Assembly (NCBI RefSeq): GCF_032444005.1
Contig: NC_091285.1
Coordinates: forward strand, 641,142,001-641,206,000
Direction of reading: 5' to 3'
DNA: 64,000 bases
From: Ranitomeya imitator
Taxonomy: Eukaryota
Part shown: positions 25,801-38,210 of the stretch, piece after piece
How positions within the stretch are numbered: position 1 is the first letter of the stretch
Layout of the letters: each line of letters begins with the position of its first letter
Translations under genes and position numbers: made by a program
The notes under the pieces: generated by a model
What the model was told of the DNA's origin: nothing
What the model saw: only the letters and a program-made list of their open reading frames with translations
Databases searched by the model: none

Positions 25801-28454
25801 TGTGCGCCCGCAACCATCCCCCTTATTAAGCAGAATATCAGCGGTTTTTTTTTTTTTTTTTTTTTACTACTAGCGCGAAACCACGCTTTCCCCAACCGCT
25901 GTGCTGTATGTCCCGAAAGTGCTAAGATCACGTCCGGTTAGGCAATGGAGTTTTCCGCCGGTCTGCGCATGCGCGGCCGCATCTCACCTCGGCCCACGCT
26001 ATGGAGCGGCGTTCCCAGCTGCTGCTGCTTCTGGCGACTGTACGGTGAACCCCCCTATGTTGTCCGACGTCCCGGAGCTCTCCCTAGCCCGCACCTCACC
26101 GCAGTGCTCGTCAGTGAGACCGGGTGGCCTCTCCCGGATCCAGCCCTCACTGTGCCGGTCAGACGAGGGGGGAGCCGTCAAACGGAAACTACCCCGACGC
26201 TGCATCTGGACCGCATCCCCTGCCGTTCCCGCAGAGACCGCACAGGCGGATCCCCCTGGCCCAGGTATGGTCTTCTGAGAATCCGGAGAATCCAGAGATC
26301 CTGTCCCCTGGGAACAGGAAAACTAAACTGAGGAGGAGAGGCGGACCGCCCCTTTTATTCTTCTGTAGGTTTCCTGTTCCTTGGGGCGGATCCCTATCTC
26401 TCCAGTGGGTGCTGTCGTGGCGAAGGGTAAAAAAAAAAAAAAAAAAAAAAATCACATTTTATGATACTTAAATACAATTTGCATAATAATTTAGAACGCG
26501 AGGTAGGTGGCCGCATGAATACACCAGTTACATGTGAGCCAGGCCTGGTGCCCAGTTTCAGACGCAATGTGTGAATGAATGAATGAATTTGTTCCTGAGA
26601 GTTCTAATTCCCTAATGAACAAACAGTGACCGTAAGACATCAATATCCATTTTTTGGCAAAGTTGGGTAACAACAACATGACTGCCGTTAAAGGGAATAC
26701 CTGTCTCTGATCACTCCTGCATCCGAAGGTGAGCTGGGTCGGTGACATCACCTCCATAGAGATCTGCCGACTTGTGCGTGTGAGCGACAGGTATCGGGCA
26801 TCTGCTTTATTCTAATGAAAAGAACATGTGCGTGTTACCTGCCACCTACGCACACGAGCCAGCAGATATATGTGGATGTGATGGCACAAGCCCAGCTGTA
26901 CCCCTGATGTGAAAGTAGACCAAACCAGAATACCCCTTTAAAGGACGTGTACTGACGGACACTGGATCTGTGATCCCTCTGCATGAGCCACAGTTGGGAT
27001 TGGGGGTGACCATGTGTTCCCTCTACCAATCAGGGCAGGTAGTAGCGTGCATGTATTCATAGCGTGCATGTACATGACCGAACACCCCTGATTTTGCTAT
27101 GTGGCAATATAGAGAGGTATTATAACTTGGTGCATCTGTCACTAATGCTAAGTTCACAAGAAACTTTCCAAAGTTGTAAGTTTTTCAAAAAAGATCATAT
27201 TCAGGAAGTGTTTTTTCCCCCTTGCTGCGTTTTTGGAGTTTTTCTTTTCTTAAAGAACTTTGGAAAAGTTTTTCCTTTATGTATTTTTGCTGTGCAGCCC
27301 TCCATTTGGCCAGTGCCTAGTTAGGAATGGATTCCATCAGGATCCGCTTTATACAACTAACGCGCACCTTTTTTTTTTTTACCCCACCGGGAGTTTTTCC
27401 AAAAAATAAAAGTTGACAAAAAAACCAAACTCGAGCAAATGACAAACCCTTCCAAAGAAGGAGCGTTTCATGAAGATGAGTTTTTGGAGCAGAAAGGGTA
27501 GGTATAGGTATCCGATGCAGAAGATACTTCAGGAATACGCCAGAGGTGTTTTTCCTGCCTTTGTGGCTTATTATATGTCGGGAGAGCTGCGGACAGTAGC
27601 TAAAAGCTTAAAAAGGAGGACGGTGTACGCAGTTCTAACATTGCTGTGTATATGCTCACTCTTTTTTGCATTATTGGCCAATTCATGAGCCCACCGGCCA
27701 CGACAAGGTGACCTTTCTTCAACGGGAGCCTAAATCTAACATTTATCAGACATGCCACTCCTGAACTAAAATCCTACAAATATAAGATTCAGCCCTAAGA
27801 TGAAGTAATGTGCGCAAATTTGGTCCGATCTCAGACTGCAATGCACGGACTGGCAGCGGCTCTCGCAACCCGAGAGCGACAGCTGCATAGAAATACATGA
27901 AACGGTCACTCTCAGGTCAGGAGAGCCGCTGACAGCCCGTGCATTACAAGTTTCCCCCCCACCAGACATTTGTTTTTTTCTCTAAAACTCTTCAAGTAAA
28001 GCTATTAAAAAAAATACTCATTAACAGCAAGGATATGTGCACACAGTGTCTTTGTCAGGAGGATTCTGCCCGGAATGTTACAAATAGAGAACATATGCAC
28101 CGTAACGTCAGAACGACTTGCTGTGCACATATTCCGTCTTTTCTCACTTTTTACCAGATGCCATGAATCTCAAGAAGTGAGCTGACCATTCATCTGCTGG
28201 TTCCTCAGATGAGCGGTGAGACCACCCTGCTGAGTGACGGTGAGAGAAGCCATTATACATGTCACTTAGCCAACACATAGAATGAGAAAACAGCTGAGTG
28301 ACCCTGCGGACAGACGAGGACGAGTCAAGGACTTTATACAACACTGTATCATTTACAAGAAAGTGGCTACATTTTTATTATATGTTTTGCCCTTATTCTT
28401 ACTGGAAATTACCATGTAGATTTTATTTGCAAAAGTAGTTACCCCTCCTTTAAA

Positions 28455-29020
28455 GGCTATTCATAAAATAATAGGTTATCCCCTATCCCTAATACTTTGA
28501 TCATTGGTGAGGAGAAAGGTCCGTCTGCTGGAACTCCACCCCTCCACCCCCGATCCGGAGATCATGGCTTTGGAACGCAGGTATCACGCTCCACAATAAA
28601 AAGAGTGGAGGCAGACCGCTGCTTCGTTTGGTTTCCAGAGCTCCGATTCCTAAAGACTATTCACAAAAGTTACCCCCTATCCATAATATTCTGATCACTG
28701 GCGAAGAGAGGGGTCAATCTGCTGCAACACCAATTCCCAATTCCTGAGATCATGGCTTAGGAAGGCATCAGGCTCCAAGACTATTCACAAAAGTTATCCC
28801 CCATCACCAATATTCTGATCACTGGTGAAGAGAGGGGGTCGGTCTGCTGGAGCCTCCCCCAATCCTGAGATCATGGTTTAGGAAGGCATCAGGCTCCAAG
28901 ACTATTCACAAAAGTCATCCCCCATCACCAATATTCTGATCACTGGTGAAGAGAGGGGGTCGGTCTGCTGGAGCCTCCCCCAATCCTGAGATCATGGCTT
29001 AGGAAGGCATCAGGCTCCAC
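28455..29020 (+). repeat. Tandem repeat, ~121-124-bp unit, ~4 copies (MITE-derived)
   Basis: AAGACTATTCACAAAAGT recurs at 28653, 28777 and 28898, with a diverged copy at ~28455. Confidence 0.8.
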
Positions 29021-29116
29021 AATAAAAAGAGTGGAGGCAGATCGCTGATTTGATTGGCTTCCGGATCTCCGCAAAAAAAGAAAACCCCTATGGAGTTTTC
29101 TATATCTATCTATCTA

Positions 29117-30099
29117 CTAGATGGTGGTCCGATTCTAACGCATCGGGTATTACAGAATATGCATGTCCACGTAGTATATTGCCCGGCCACGTACTATACT
29201 GCCCGGCCACGTACTATACTGCCCGGCCACGTACTATATTGCCCGGCCACGTACTATACTGCCCAGCCAGGTACTATACTGCCCGGCCACGTACTATATT
29301 GCCCGGCCACGTACTATATTGCCCGGCCACGTACTATATTGCCCGGCCACGTACTATACTGCCCAGCCAGGTACTATACTGCCCAGCCACGTAGTATATT
29401 GCCCAGCCACGTAGTATATTGCCCAGCCACGTAGTATATTGCCCAGCCACGTAGTATATTGCCCAGCCACGTAGTATATTGCCCAGCCACGTAGTATATT
29501 GCCCAGCCACGTAGTATACAGCACAGAGCATATTGCCCAGCTACGTATGTCACAGGTTAAAAAATAAACACATACTCACCTTCCGATCCGAGGGCCCCTT
29601 GTAGTTCTGTCGCAAGCTTCCGGTCCCAGGGTGTGATGACGTCGCGGCCACATGACCGTGACGTCATGGCAGGTCCTTCTCGTGTATGCGCGCAGGACCT
29701 GTGATGACGTCGTGGTCACATGACCGTGATGTCATGGAAGGTCCTTGTCGCATACCATCCTTAGCACCGGAACGTCGCGAAGAGCGGGAAAGGCGCCGGA
29801 GGGTGAGTATATGATGATTTTTTATTTTTTTTAATTATTTTTAACATTAGATCTTTTTACTATTGAGGCTGCATAGGCAGCATCAATAGTAAAAACTTGG
29901 TCACACAGGGTTAATAACGGCGGTAACGGAGTGAGTTACCCGCGGCATAACGCGGTCCGTTACCGCCGGCATTAACCCTGTGCGAGCGGTGACTGCGGGG
30001 AGTTTGGAGCGGGCGCTGGGCACTGACTGCAGGGGAGGGACTAATCGGACTGTGGCCGTCGCTGATTGGTCGCTGCAGCCATGACATGATATATTTATA
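29117..30099 (-). mobile_element. Non-autonomous Helitron, degenerate 5' end, with 20-bp minisatellite
   Basis: The minus-strand 3' end has a CCCGAT-loop-ATCGG hairpin ~11 nt before the terminal CTAG, followed by T. Internal CACGTAGTATATTGCCCAGC array at 29168-29520. Confidence 0.72.
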
Positions 30100-30100
30100 A

Positions 30101-31960
30101 CTAGATGGTGGTCCGATTCTAACAATCGGGTATTCTAGAATATACATGTCCACGTAGTATATTGCACAGCCACGTAGTATATTGCCCAGCCACGTAGTAT
30201 ATTGCACAGCCACATAGTATATTGCCCAGCCACATAGTATACAGCACAGAGCCACATAGTATATTGCCCAGCCACGTAGTATACAGCACAGAGCCACGTA
30301 GTATATTGCCCAGCCACGTAGTATATTGCCCAGCCACGTAGTATATTGCCCAGCCACGTAGTATATTGCCCAGCCACGTAGTATATTGCCCAGCCACGTA
30401 GTATATTGCACAGCCACATAGTATATTGCCCAGCCACATAGTATACAGCACAGAGCCACATAGTATATTGCCCAGCCACGTAGTATATTGCCCAGCCACG
30501 TAGTATATTGCCCAGCCACGTAGTATATTGCCCAGCCACGTAGTATATTGCCCAGCCACGTAGTATATTGCCCAGCCACGTAGTATATTGCCCAGCCACG
30601 TAGTATATTGCCCAGCCACGTAGTATACAGCACAGAGCCACGTAGTATATTGCCCAGCCACGTAGTATATTGCCCAGCCACGTAGTATATTGCCCAGCCA
30701 CGTAGTATATTGCACAGCCACATAGTATATTGCCCAGCCACATAGTATACAGCACAGAGCCACATAGTATATTGCCCAGCCACGTAGTATATTGCACAGC
30801 CACATAGTATATTGCCCAGCCACATAGTATACAGCACAGAGCCACGTAGTATATTGCCCAGCCACGTAGTATATTGCACAGCCACATAGTATATTGCCCA
30901 GCCACATAGTATACAGCACAGAGCCACGTAGTATATTGCCCAGCCACATAGTATATTGCACAGCCACATAGTATATTGCCCAGCCACGTAGTATACAGCA
31001 CAGAGCCACGTAGTATATTGCCCAGTCACGTAGTATATTGCCGAGCCACGTAGTATATTGCCCAGCCACGTAGTATATTGCCCAGCCACGTAGTATACAG
31101 CACAGAGCCACGTAGTATATTGCACAGCCACGTAGTATATTGCCCAGCCACGTAGTATATTGCACAGCCACGTAGTATACAGCACAGAGCCATGTAGTAT
31201 ATTGCCCAGTCACGTAGTATATTGCCGAGCCACGTAGTATATTGCCCAGCCACGTAGTATATAGCAGAGCCACGTAGTATATTGCCCAGCCACGTAGTAT
31301 ATTGTCCAGCACAGAGCCACGTAGTATAGACTTAAAAAAAAAAAATAAACATATACTCACCTATAGCCCGTTGAAAGTCCCGCTATACTTACCCTCCACC
31401 GCCTTTGCCGCTCCTCGCCACGCTCCTGGGATCGCTCCATTGCAAGCGGCAGCTTCCGGTCCCAGGGCTGGTGTGAACAGGACCTATGATGACGTTGCGG
31501 TCACATGACCGTGACGTTACGGCAGGTCCTTGTCGCACACCAGCCCTGGGACGGGAGCGGAAGCTGCCACGTGCAATGGAGCGGTCCCGGGAGCGGCAAA
31601 GGGTAAGTATAGCAGGTTTTTTGTTTTTTTTATTATTTTTAACATGACATTTTTACTATTGATGCTGCATAGGCAGCATCAATAGCAAATAGTTGGGGAC
31701 ACACAGGGTTAATAGCGGCGGTAACGGAGTGCGTTACACCGCGGGCCGTTACCGCTGCCATTAACCCTGTGTGAGCGGTGAGTGGAGGGGATTATGGAGC
31801 GGGCGCCGGGCAGTGAGTGCAGGGGAGGGACTAATCGGACTGTGCCCGTCGCTGATTGGTCGCGGCAACCGTGACAGGCAGCTGCCGAGACCAATCAGCG
31901 AACGAATAACCGTGACAGAAGGACAGACAGACGTGACCCTTAGACAATTATGTATATAGA
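30101..31960 (-). mobile_element. Full-length non-autonomous Helitron with ~1.2-kb 20/22-bp minisatellite
   Basis: 5' A|TCTATATACATAATTGTCTAAGGG at 31960 and 3' hairpin plus CTAG|T at 30101. No TSD, inserted in an AT dinucleotide. Confidence 0.85.
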
Positions 31961-32810
31961 TGTACTCTCCTTCCCTGGGTCCAGCTCTGAGTCTCTGCCC
32001 ACGTCACGTCGTTAGCGATGCAGCCAATCAGTGAGCTCAGTAACATTTAGCAGGGCGCTGCGTCTACACGGGGCAGAGTCACTAATTGGCTGTGGACATG
32101 ACGAAAGCGCTGCAGACAATACCAGGGACCAGTAGCGGCGGCAAACACTCAAAGCTGGACCTGAGGAGAGTGACTCCAGCACGGTTTGTTATTTTTATTT
32201 AAACTGCACCCAGGAACTGGGACTTTCTGAAAAGGGGACAACTCCCTTTAATGATTTGGGAATAACCCTTTAAAAAAAAAAAAAAAGAGTAACGAAATAA
32301 TAAATAACCCTTTTCTATTTCCAACAAAAGCCAAGAATTTTCAGGGATTTTTTTTTTTATTAATATTTTACATTTGCAAGACGTGTATCATGTTATAAAA
32401 TATATATATTTAATTTTTTACTAATATTTTTAATTTTATTTATTTAGCTATGTAATCAAAGCATAATAAATACTAATTTACTAATTAAAAAAAACTAATT
32501 TTAGTAAGGTTTTTCTGCAATTTTAATAAACGACAAATATGATGATTTTTGCTAGGGGGTTGAATACTTTTGCACTGCACATGACACGCAGGACTGTGTG
32601 CACTGCTGCCTCCTGAGGCTTGTAGTCCTACATCACGTGATGATACAATATATCGCACTGCACACGTACACACACGACATGCTGCGGCTTATGGTCACTC
32701 CAGTCAGCGCCGTCTGTAAATCTGCGCAGGCATACAATCCTCCCCCCGGCCCATAGAGGGCGCCCTCTGGCACTGAGGCCCGGGTATAACAGTACAGTCT
32801 ATGCACTTAC

Positions 32811-32880
32811 CACTAACAGGCCGCCATGTTGAATCCGAGCGCCGCCCACTGTCCAATTATCACGTGACCATGTCCTCCTG
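32811..32880 (-). other. Putative non-coding exon 1 (5'UTR) of the DDHD2-like gene
   Basis: Consensus donor GTG|GTAAGT at 32811/32810 inside a CpG-rich promoter-like block, same strand as exon 2. The TSS and the link to DDHD2 are inferred, not shown. Confidence 0.55.
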
Positions 32881-33040
32881 GCTGTTTTACTTTGTAGTGA
32901 ACGGGTCACGTGATTTATTTATTTTTTTTCCTTTTGTCTGGGGAGAAAGGAGATGAGCTAGCTCTCGCGAGACTTGAGCTTTCTGAGGCGAAAACGCCAT
33001 TACTAGTCAGGGAAAATTTGCCAGCACTACGACTCCCACT
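32820..33040 (-). promoter_or_regulatory. Housekeeping-type CpG promoter motif cluster
   Basis: AACATGGCGGC (YY1-like, 32820-32830, minus), CCAAT 32853-32857, E-box/CLEAR-like TCACGTGAC 32860-32868 and GTCACGTGA 32905-32913, TCTCGCGAGA palindrome 32963-32972, and ACTACGACTCCCA (ZNF143-associated type) 33026-33038. Confidence 0.78.
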
Positions 33041-33210
33041 CTCCTCGTCGTCCAGTATAACATGTTGAACATGTTATACAGAGATATGGGCAATGGGGGA
33101 TTTATTTATTTTTTTTGTGGAAAAGTAGTTGTTTTTTTTTTCAAAAATAAGAATATACAAATAGTGGTGCAAGTGTGAAGGATTCTGCTGTGAATACGAC
33201 AGTAACCAAA

Positions 33211-33359
33211 CTGATAAATCCTTATTTTTAGTATAGAAATGCTCAATAAGTAACCAATGGTGATATAGTATAATGGTAATAGCAGGTAAGGGATTGAAAA
33301 GCACCATAAATATTACACCAAATCTGCGTATACAGTTTTGCACACTAAAATACCTAAAG
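33211..33359 (-). mobile_element. Inverted copy of Penelope-like 3' terminal region (homologous to 44322-44475)
   Basis: The reverse complement aligns with 44322-44475, including a shared ATGGTGCTTTTCAATCCCTTACCTGCTATTACCATTA run. Confidence 0.75.
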
Positions 33360-35520
33360 TGTGTGTACGAGGTGTACGGAGCGGAGCCGCGTGTGTACGA
33401 GGTGTACGGAGCGGAGCCGCGTGTGTACGAGGTGTACGGAGCGGAGCCGCGTGTGTACGAGGTGTACGGAGCGGAGCCACGTGTGTACGAGGTGTACGGA
33501 GCGGAGCCGCGTGTGTACGAGGTGTACGGAGCGGAGCCGCGTGTGTACGAGGTGTACGGAGCACAGCCGCATGTGTACGAGGTGCACGGAGCGGAGCCGC
33601 GTGTGTACGAGGTGTACGGAGCGGAGCCACGTGTGTACGAGGTGTACGGAGCGGAGCCGCGTGTGTACGAGGTGTACGGAGCACAGCCGCATGTGTACGA
33701 GGTGCACGGAGCGGAGCCGCGTGTGTACGAGGTGTACGGAGCGGAGCCACGTGTGTACGAGGTGTACGGAGCGGAGCCGCGTGTGTACGAGGTGTACGGA
33801 GCACAGCCGCATGTGTACGAGGTGCACGGAGCGGAGCCGCGTGTGTACGAGGTGTACGGAGCGGAGCCACGTGTGTACGAGGTGTACGGAGCGGAGCCGC
33901 GTGTGTACGAGGTGTACGGAGCACAGCCGCGTGTGTACGAGGTGCACGGAGCGGAGCCGCGTGTGTACGAGGTGTACGGAGCGGAGCCGCGTGTGTACGA
34001 GGTGTACGGAGCGGAGCCGCGTGTGTACGAGGTGTACGGAGCACAGCCGCATGTGTACAAGGTGCACGGAGCGGAGCCGCGTGTGTACGAGGTGTACGGA
34101 GCGGAGCCACGTGTGTACGAGGTGTACGGAGCGGAGCCGCGTGTGTACGAGGTGTACGGAGCACAGCCGCGTGTGTACGAGGTGCACGGAGCGGAGCCGC
34201 GTGTGTACGAGGTGTACGGAGCGGAGCCGCGTGTGTACGAGGTGTACGGAGCACAGCCGCATGTGTACGAGGTGCACGGAGCGGAGCCGCGTGTGTACGA
34301 GGTGTACGGAGCGGAGCCACGTGTGTACGAGGTGTACGGAGCGGAGCCGCGTGTGTACGAGGTGTACGGAGCACAGCCGCGTGTGTACGAGGTGCACGGA
34401 GCGGAGCCGCGTGTGTACGAGGTGTACGGAGCGGAGCCGCGTGTGTACGAGGTGTACGGAGCACAGCCGCATGTGTACGAGGTGCACGGAGCGGAGCCGC
34501 GTGTGTACGAGGTGTACGGAGCGGAGCCACGTGTGTACGAGGTGTACGGAGCGGAGCCGCGTGTGTACGAGGTGTACGGAGCACAGCCGCATGTGTACGA
34601 GGTGCACGGAGCGGAGCCGCGTGTGTACGAGGTGTACGGAGCGGAGCCACGTGTGTACGAGGTGTACGGAGCGGAGCCGCGTGTGTACGAGGTGTACGGA
34701 GCACAGCCGCGTGTGTACGAGGTGCACGGAGCGGAGCCGCGTGTGTACGAGGTGTACGGAGCGGAGCCGCGTGTGTACGAGGTGTACGGAGCGGAGCCGG
34801 GGGTGTACGAGGTGTACGGAGCGGAGCCGGGGGTGTATGAGGTGTACGGAGCGGAGCCGTGTGTGTATGAGGTGTATGGAGCGGAGCCGCGTGTGTACGA
34901 GGTGTGCAGAGTGGAGCCGCGTGTGTACGAGGTGTATGGAGCGGAGCAGCGGGTGTACGAGGTGTTCGGAGCGGAGCAGCATGTGTACGAGGTGTACGGT
35001 GTGGAGCCGTGTGTATACGAGGGGTACGGAGCGGAGCCGCATGCGTACGGAGCGGAGCCGCGTGTGTATGATGTGTGCGGAGCCACGTGTGTATGAGGTG
35101 CACGGAGCGGAGCCGCTTGTGTACGAAGCAGAGCCGTGTGTACAAGGTGTCATGCGTGTGTACGAGGTGCGGAGCCGCATGTGTACGAGATGTACGGAGC
35201 GGAGCCGTGTGTACAAGGTGTCATGCGTGTGTACGAGGTGCGGAGCCGCATGTGTACGAGATGTACGGAGCTGAGCCGTGTGTACAAGGTGTCATGCGTG
35301 TGTAAGAGGTGCGGAGCCGCAGGTGTACGAGGTGTACAGAGCGGAGCCATGTGTACAAAGTGTCATGCGTGTGTACGAGGTGCGGAGCCGCATGTGTACG
35401 AGGTGTACGGAGCAGAGCCGTGTGTGTACGAGGTGTTTGGAGCGCAGTCGCGTGCGTACGAAGCGCAGTTGCGTGTATACGGAGCAGAGCCGCTTGTGTA
35501 CGAGGTGTACGGAGCAGAGG
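33360..35520 (+). repeat. CpG-rich 30-bp minisatellite (GTGTGTACGAGGTGTACGGAGCGGAGCCGC) with 120-bp higher-order structure
   Basis: Units are in register with the 60-nt lines to ~34800. The GCACAGCC...GGTGCACGG variant recurs every 120 bp (sometimes 90). The distal part is degenerate. Confidence 0.97.
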
Positions 35521-36769
35521 CGCATCTGTATGTGGCGCCCCAGGGTCCTGGTCGTCACAGTAATGTCGCTTTCCTCACGGGAAGAGTGATGCTACGTTTG
35601 GAGGCAAGAAAGGATAACTGTAACCAGGTACCACAAACATGCAACACATTCACACTCCAGGCCACCAGGGGGAGCTTTTGATCCTATTTACTAGGTGACT
35701 CACCATCTACTATATAATTGTCTAAGGGTCACTTCCGTCTGTCTGTCTGTCACGGATATTCATTGGTCGCGGCCTCTGTCTGTCATGGAAATCCAAGTCG
35801 CTGATTGGTCGTGGCAAAACGCCCATGACCATTGCCACGACCAATCAGCGACGGCTATAGTCCGGCAGCGAAATGGCCGCTGCTTTACTATCCTGCAGTC
35901 AGCGCTGAGCACTCACACAGGGTTAATTCCAGAGTTAACGGACCGCGGTGTAACGCACTCCATTAACGCAGCTATTAACCCTGTGTGACCAACTTACACA
36001 GCATCAATAGTAAAACGATCTAATGTTACAAATAATAATTAAAAAAAAGGTTATTCTCACCCTCCGACGTCACCTGCTGTCCTCGGCAGGGCAAGCGGCA
36101 GGTTCCAGTGCCCAGGATGCTATGCGAGAAGGACCTGCCATGACATCACGATCATGTGACCGCGACGTCATCACAGGTCCTGCGCTCATACCAACCCTGG
36201 GACCGGAAGCTGCCGCGTGCACCGCACACAAGCGCCAGGACTTCAAGGGGTCTTCGGAAGGTGAGTATATATTTATTTTTTGTTTTAAGTCTTTTTTAAC
36301 CACGCATACAGGGCCGTATTTGCCACTAGGCACTTGAGGGCACGTGCCTAGGGCGGCGGGATGCGGGGGGGCGCCCTTGAGCTAGGTTTTTTCTTTTTTT
36401 TTCTTTTTTTTTTTTTATAAAACTCCGGGGTCAAGTTTCCGCCCCCCCTCCTCCCTCCCTCCTTCCCGCCCCCCCCTCCTCCCTCCTTCCCGCCCCCCTC
36501 CCTCCCTCCCTGAAGACGTAATACTCACCTTCCTCCAGCGGTGGCTGCAACTGCGTCTCAGCGCCTGCAGCGCGTCCTGTCTTCAGCGGTCACATGGTAC
36601 CGATCATTAAGGGTGATGAATATGCGCATATTCATCACCCTTAATTAGCGCTACCATGTGACCGCTGAAGACAGGAAGGAAGACGCTGAGATGCCAGGAA
36701 GTTCTGTGCTGCGCGCCGGTGAGAGGTAAGTATGACAGGGAAAAAAAGTGGGGTGCCGTGCACACAGGG

Positions 36770-38210
36770 GGGGAAGGATGGGGAGCCGTGCATACAGGGG
36801 AGAAGGATGGGGAGCCGTGCATACAGGGGAGAAGGATGGGGAGCCGTGCATACAGGGGAGAAGGATGGGGAGCCGTGCATACAGGGGAGAAGGAAGGGGA
36901 GCCGTGCATACAGGGGAGAAGGATGGGGAGCCGTGCACACAGGGGAGAAGGATGGGGAGCCGTGCACACAGGGGAGAAGGATGGGGAGCCGTGCACACAG
37001 GGGAGAAGGATGGGGAGCCGTGCACACAGGGGAGAAGGATGGGGAGCCGTGCATACAGGGGAGAAGGATGGGGAGCCGTGCATACAGGGGAGAAGGATGG
37101 GGAGCCGTGCACACAGGGGAGAAGGATGGGGAGCCGTGCATACAAGGGAGAAGGATGGGAACCGTGCACACAGGGGAGAAGGATGGGGAGCCGTGCACAC
37201 AGGGGAGAAGGATGGGGAGCCGTGCACACAGGGGAGAAGGATGGGGAGCCGTGCATACAGGGGAGAAGGATGGGGAGCCGTGCATACAGGGGAGAAGGAT
37301 GGGGAGCCGTGCATACAGGGGAGAAGGATGGGGAGCCGTGCATACAGGGGAGAAGGATGGGGAGCCGTGCACACAGGGGAGAAGGATGGGGAGCCGTGCA
37401 CACAGGGGAGAAGGATGGGGAGCCGTGCACACAGGGGAGAAGGATGGGGAGCCGTGCACGCAGGGGAGAAGGATGGGGAGCCGTGCACGCAGGGGAGAAG
37501 GATGGGGAGCCGTGCACGCAGGGGAGAAGGATGGGGAGCAGTGAACGCAGGGGAGAAGGATGGGGAGCCGTGCATACAGGGGAGAAGGATGGGGAGCCGT
37601 GCACGCAGGGGAGAAGGATGGGGAGCCATGAACGCAGGGGAGAAGGATGGGGGAGCCGTGAACGCAGGGGAGAAGGATGGGGGAGCCATGAACGCAGGGT
37701 GGGAGGATGGGGGAGCCATGAACGCAGGGGAGAAGGATGGGGGAGCCATGAACGCAGGGGAGGATGGGGAGCCATGAACGCAGAGTGGGAGGATGGGGGA
37801 GCCATGAACGCAGAGTGGGAGGATGGGGGAGCCATGAACGCAGGGGAGAAGGATGGGGGAGCCATGAACGCAGGGGAGAAGGATGGGGAGCCATGAACGC
37901 AGGGTGGGAGGATGGGGGAGCCATGAACGCAGGGTGGGAGGATGGGGGAGCCATGAACGCAGGGGAGAAGGATGGGGGAGCCATGAACGCAGGGGAGAAG
38001 GATGGGGAGCCATGAACGCAGAGTGGGAGGATGGGGGAGCCATGAACGCATGGGAGAAGGATGGGGGAGCCATGAACGCAGGGGAGAAGGATGGGGAGCC
38101 ATGAACGCAGAGTGGGAGGATGGGGGAGCCATGCTTGCAGGGGAGAAGGATGGGGGAGCCATGAACGCAGGGTGGGAGGATGGGGGAGGCATGAACGCAG
38201 TGTGGGAGGA
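36770..38210 (+). repeat. G-rich 29-30-bp minisatellite (GGGGAGAAGGATGGGGAGCCGTGCAYACA) inside the hAT element
   Basis: Direct tandem units that drift to GGGGGAGCCATGAACGCA variants in the distal part. Confidence 0.95.

Larger units (their letters stand above)
21111..26428 (-). mobile_element. Full-length DIRS1-type tyrosine-recombinase retrotransposon (decayed ORFs)
   Basis: Inverted terminal repeats 21149-21241 / 26328-26420, an ICR at 21348-21436, and gag, RT (YLDD), RNase H, methyltransferase-like and YR segments. A-rich flanks and no TSD. Confidence 0.95.

Noticed and set aside
29630-29750. CRE-like TGACGTCA motifs as intronic enhancers
   Set aside because: They are part of the generic internal inverted cassette of the Helitron family; there is no locus-specific evidence.
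29050-31360. Long YYVAGQYTTWLGNIL-type ORFs
   Set aside because: Translations of the Helitron-internal 20/22-bp minisatellite.
33074-35681. 500-670-aa ORFs on both strands (YTRGSAP / VYEVYGAEPR / CTRCTERSR repeats)
   Set aside because: A stop-free 30-bp minisatellite is open in all frames; there is no non-repetitive domain or splice support.
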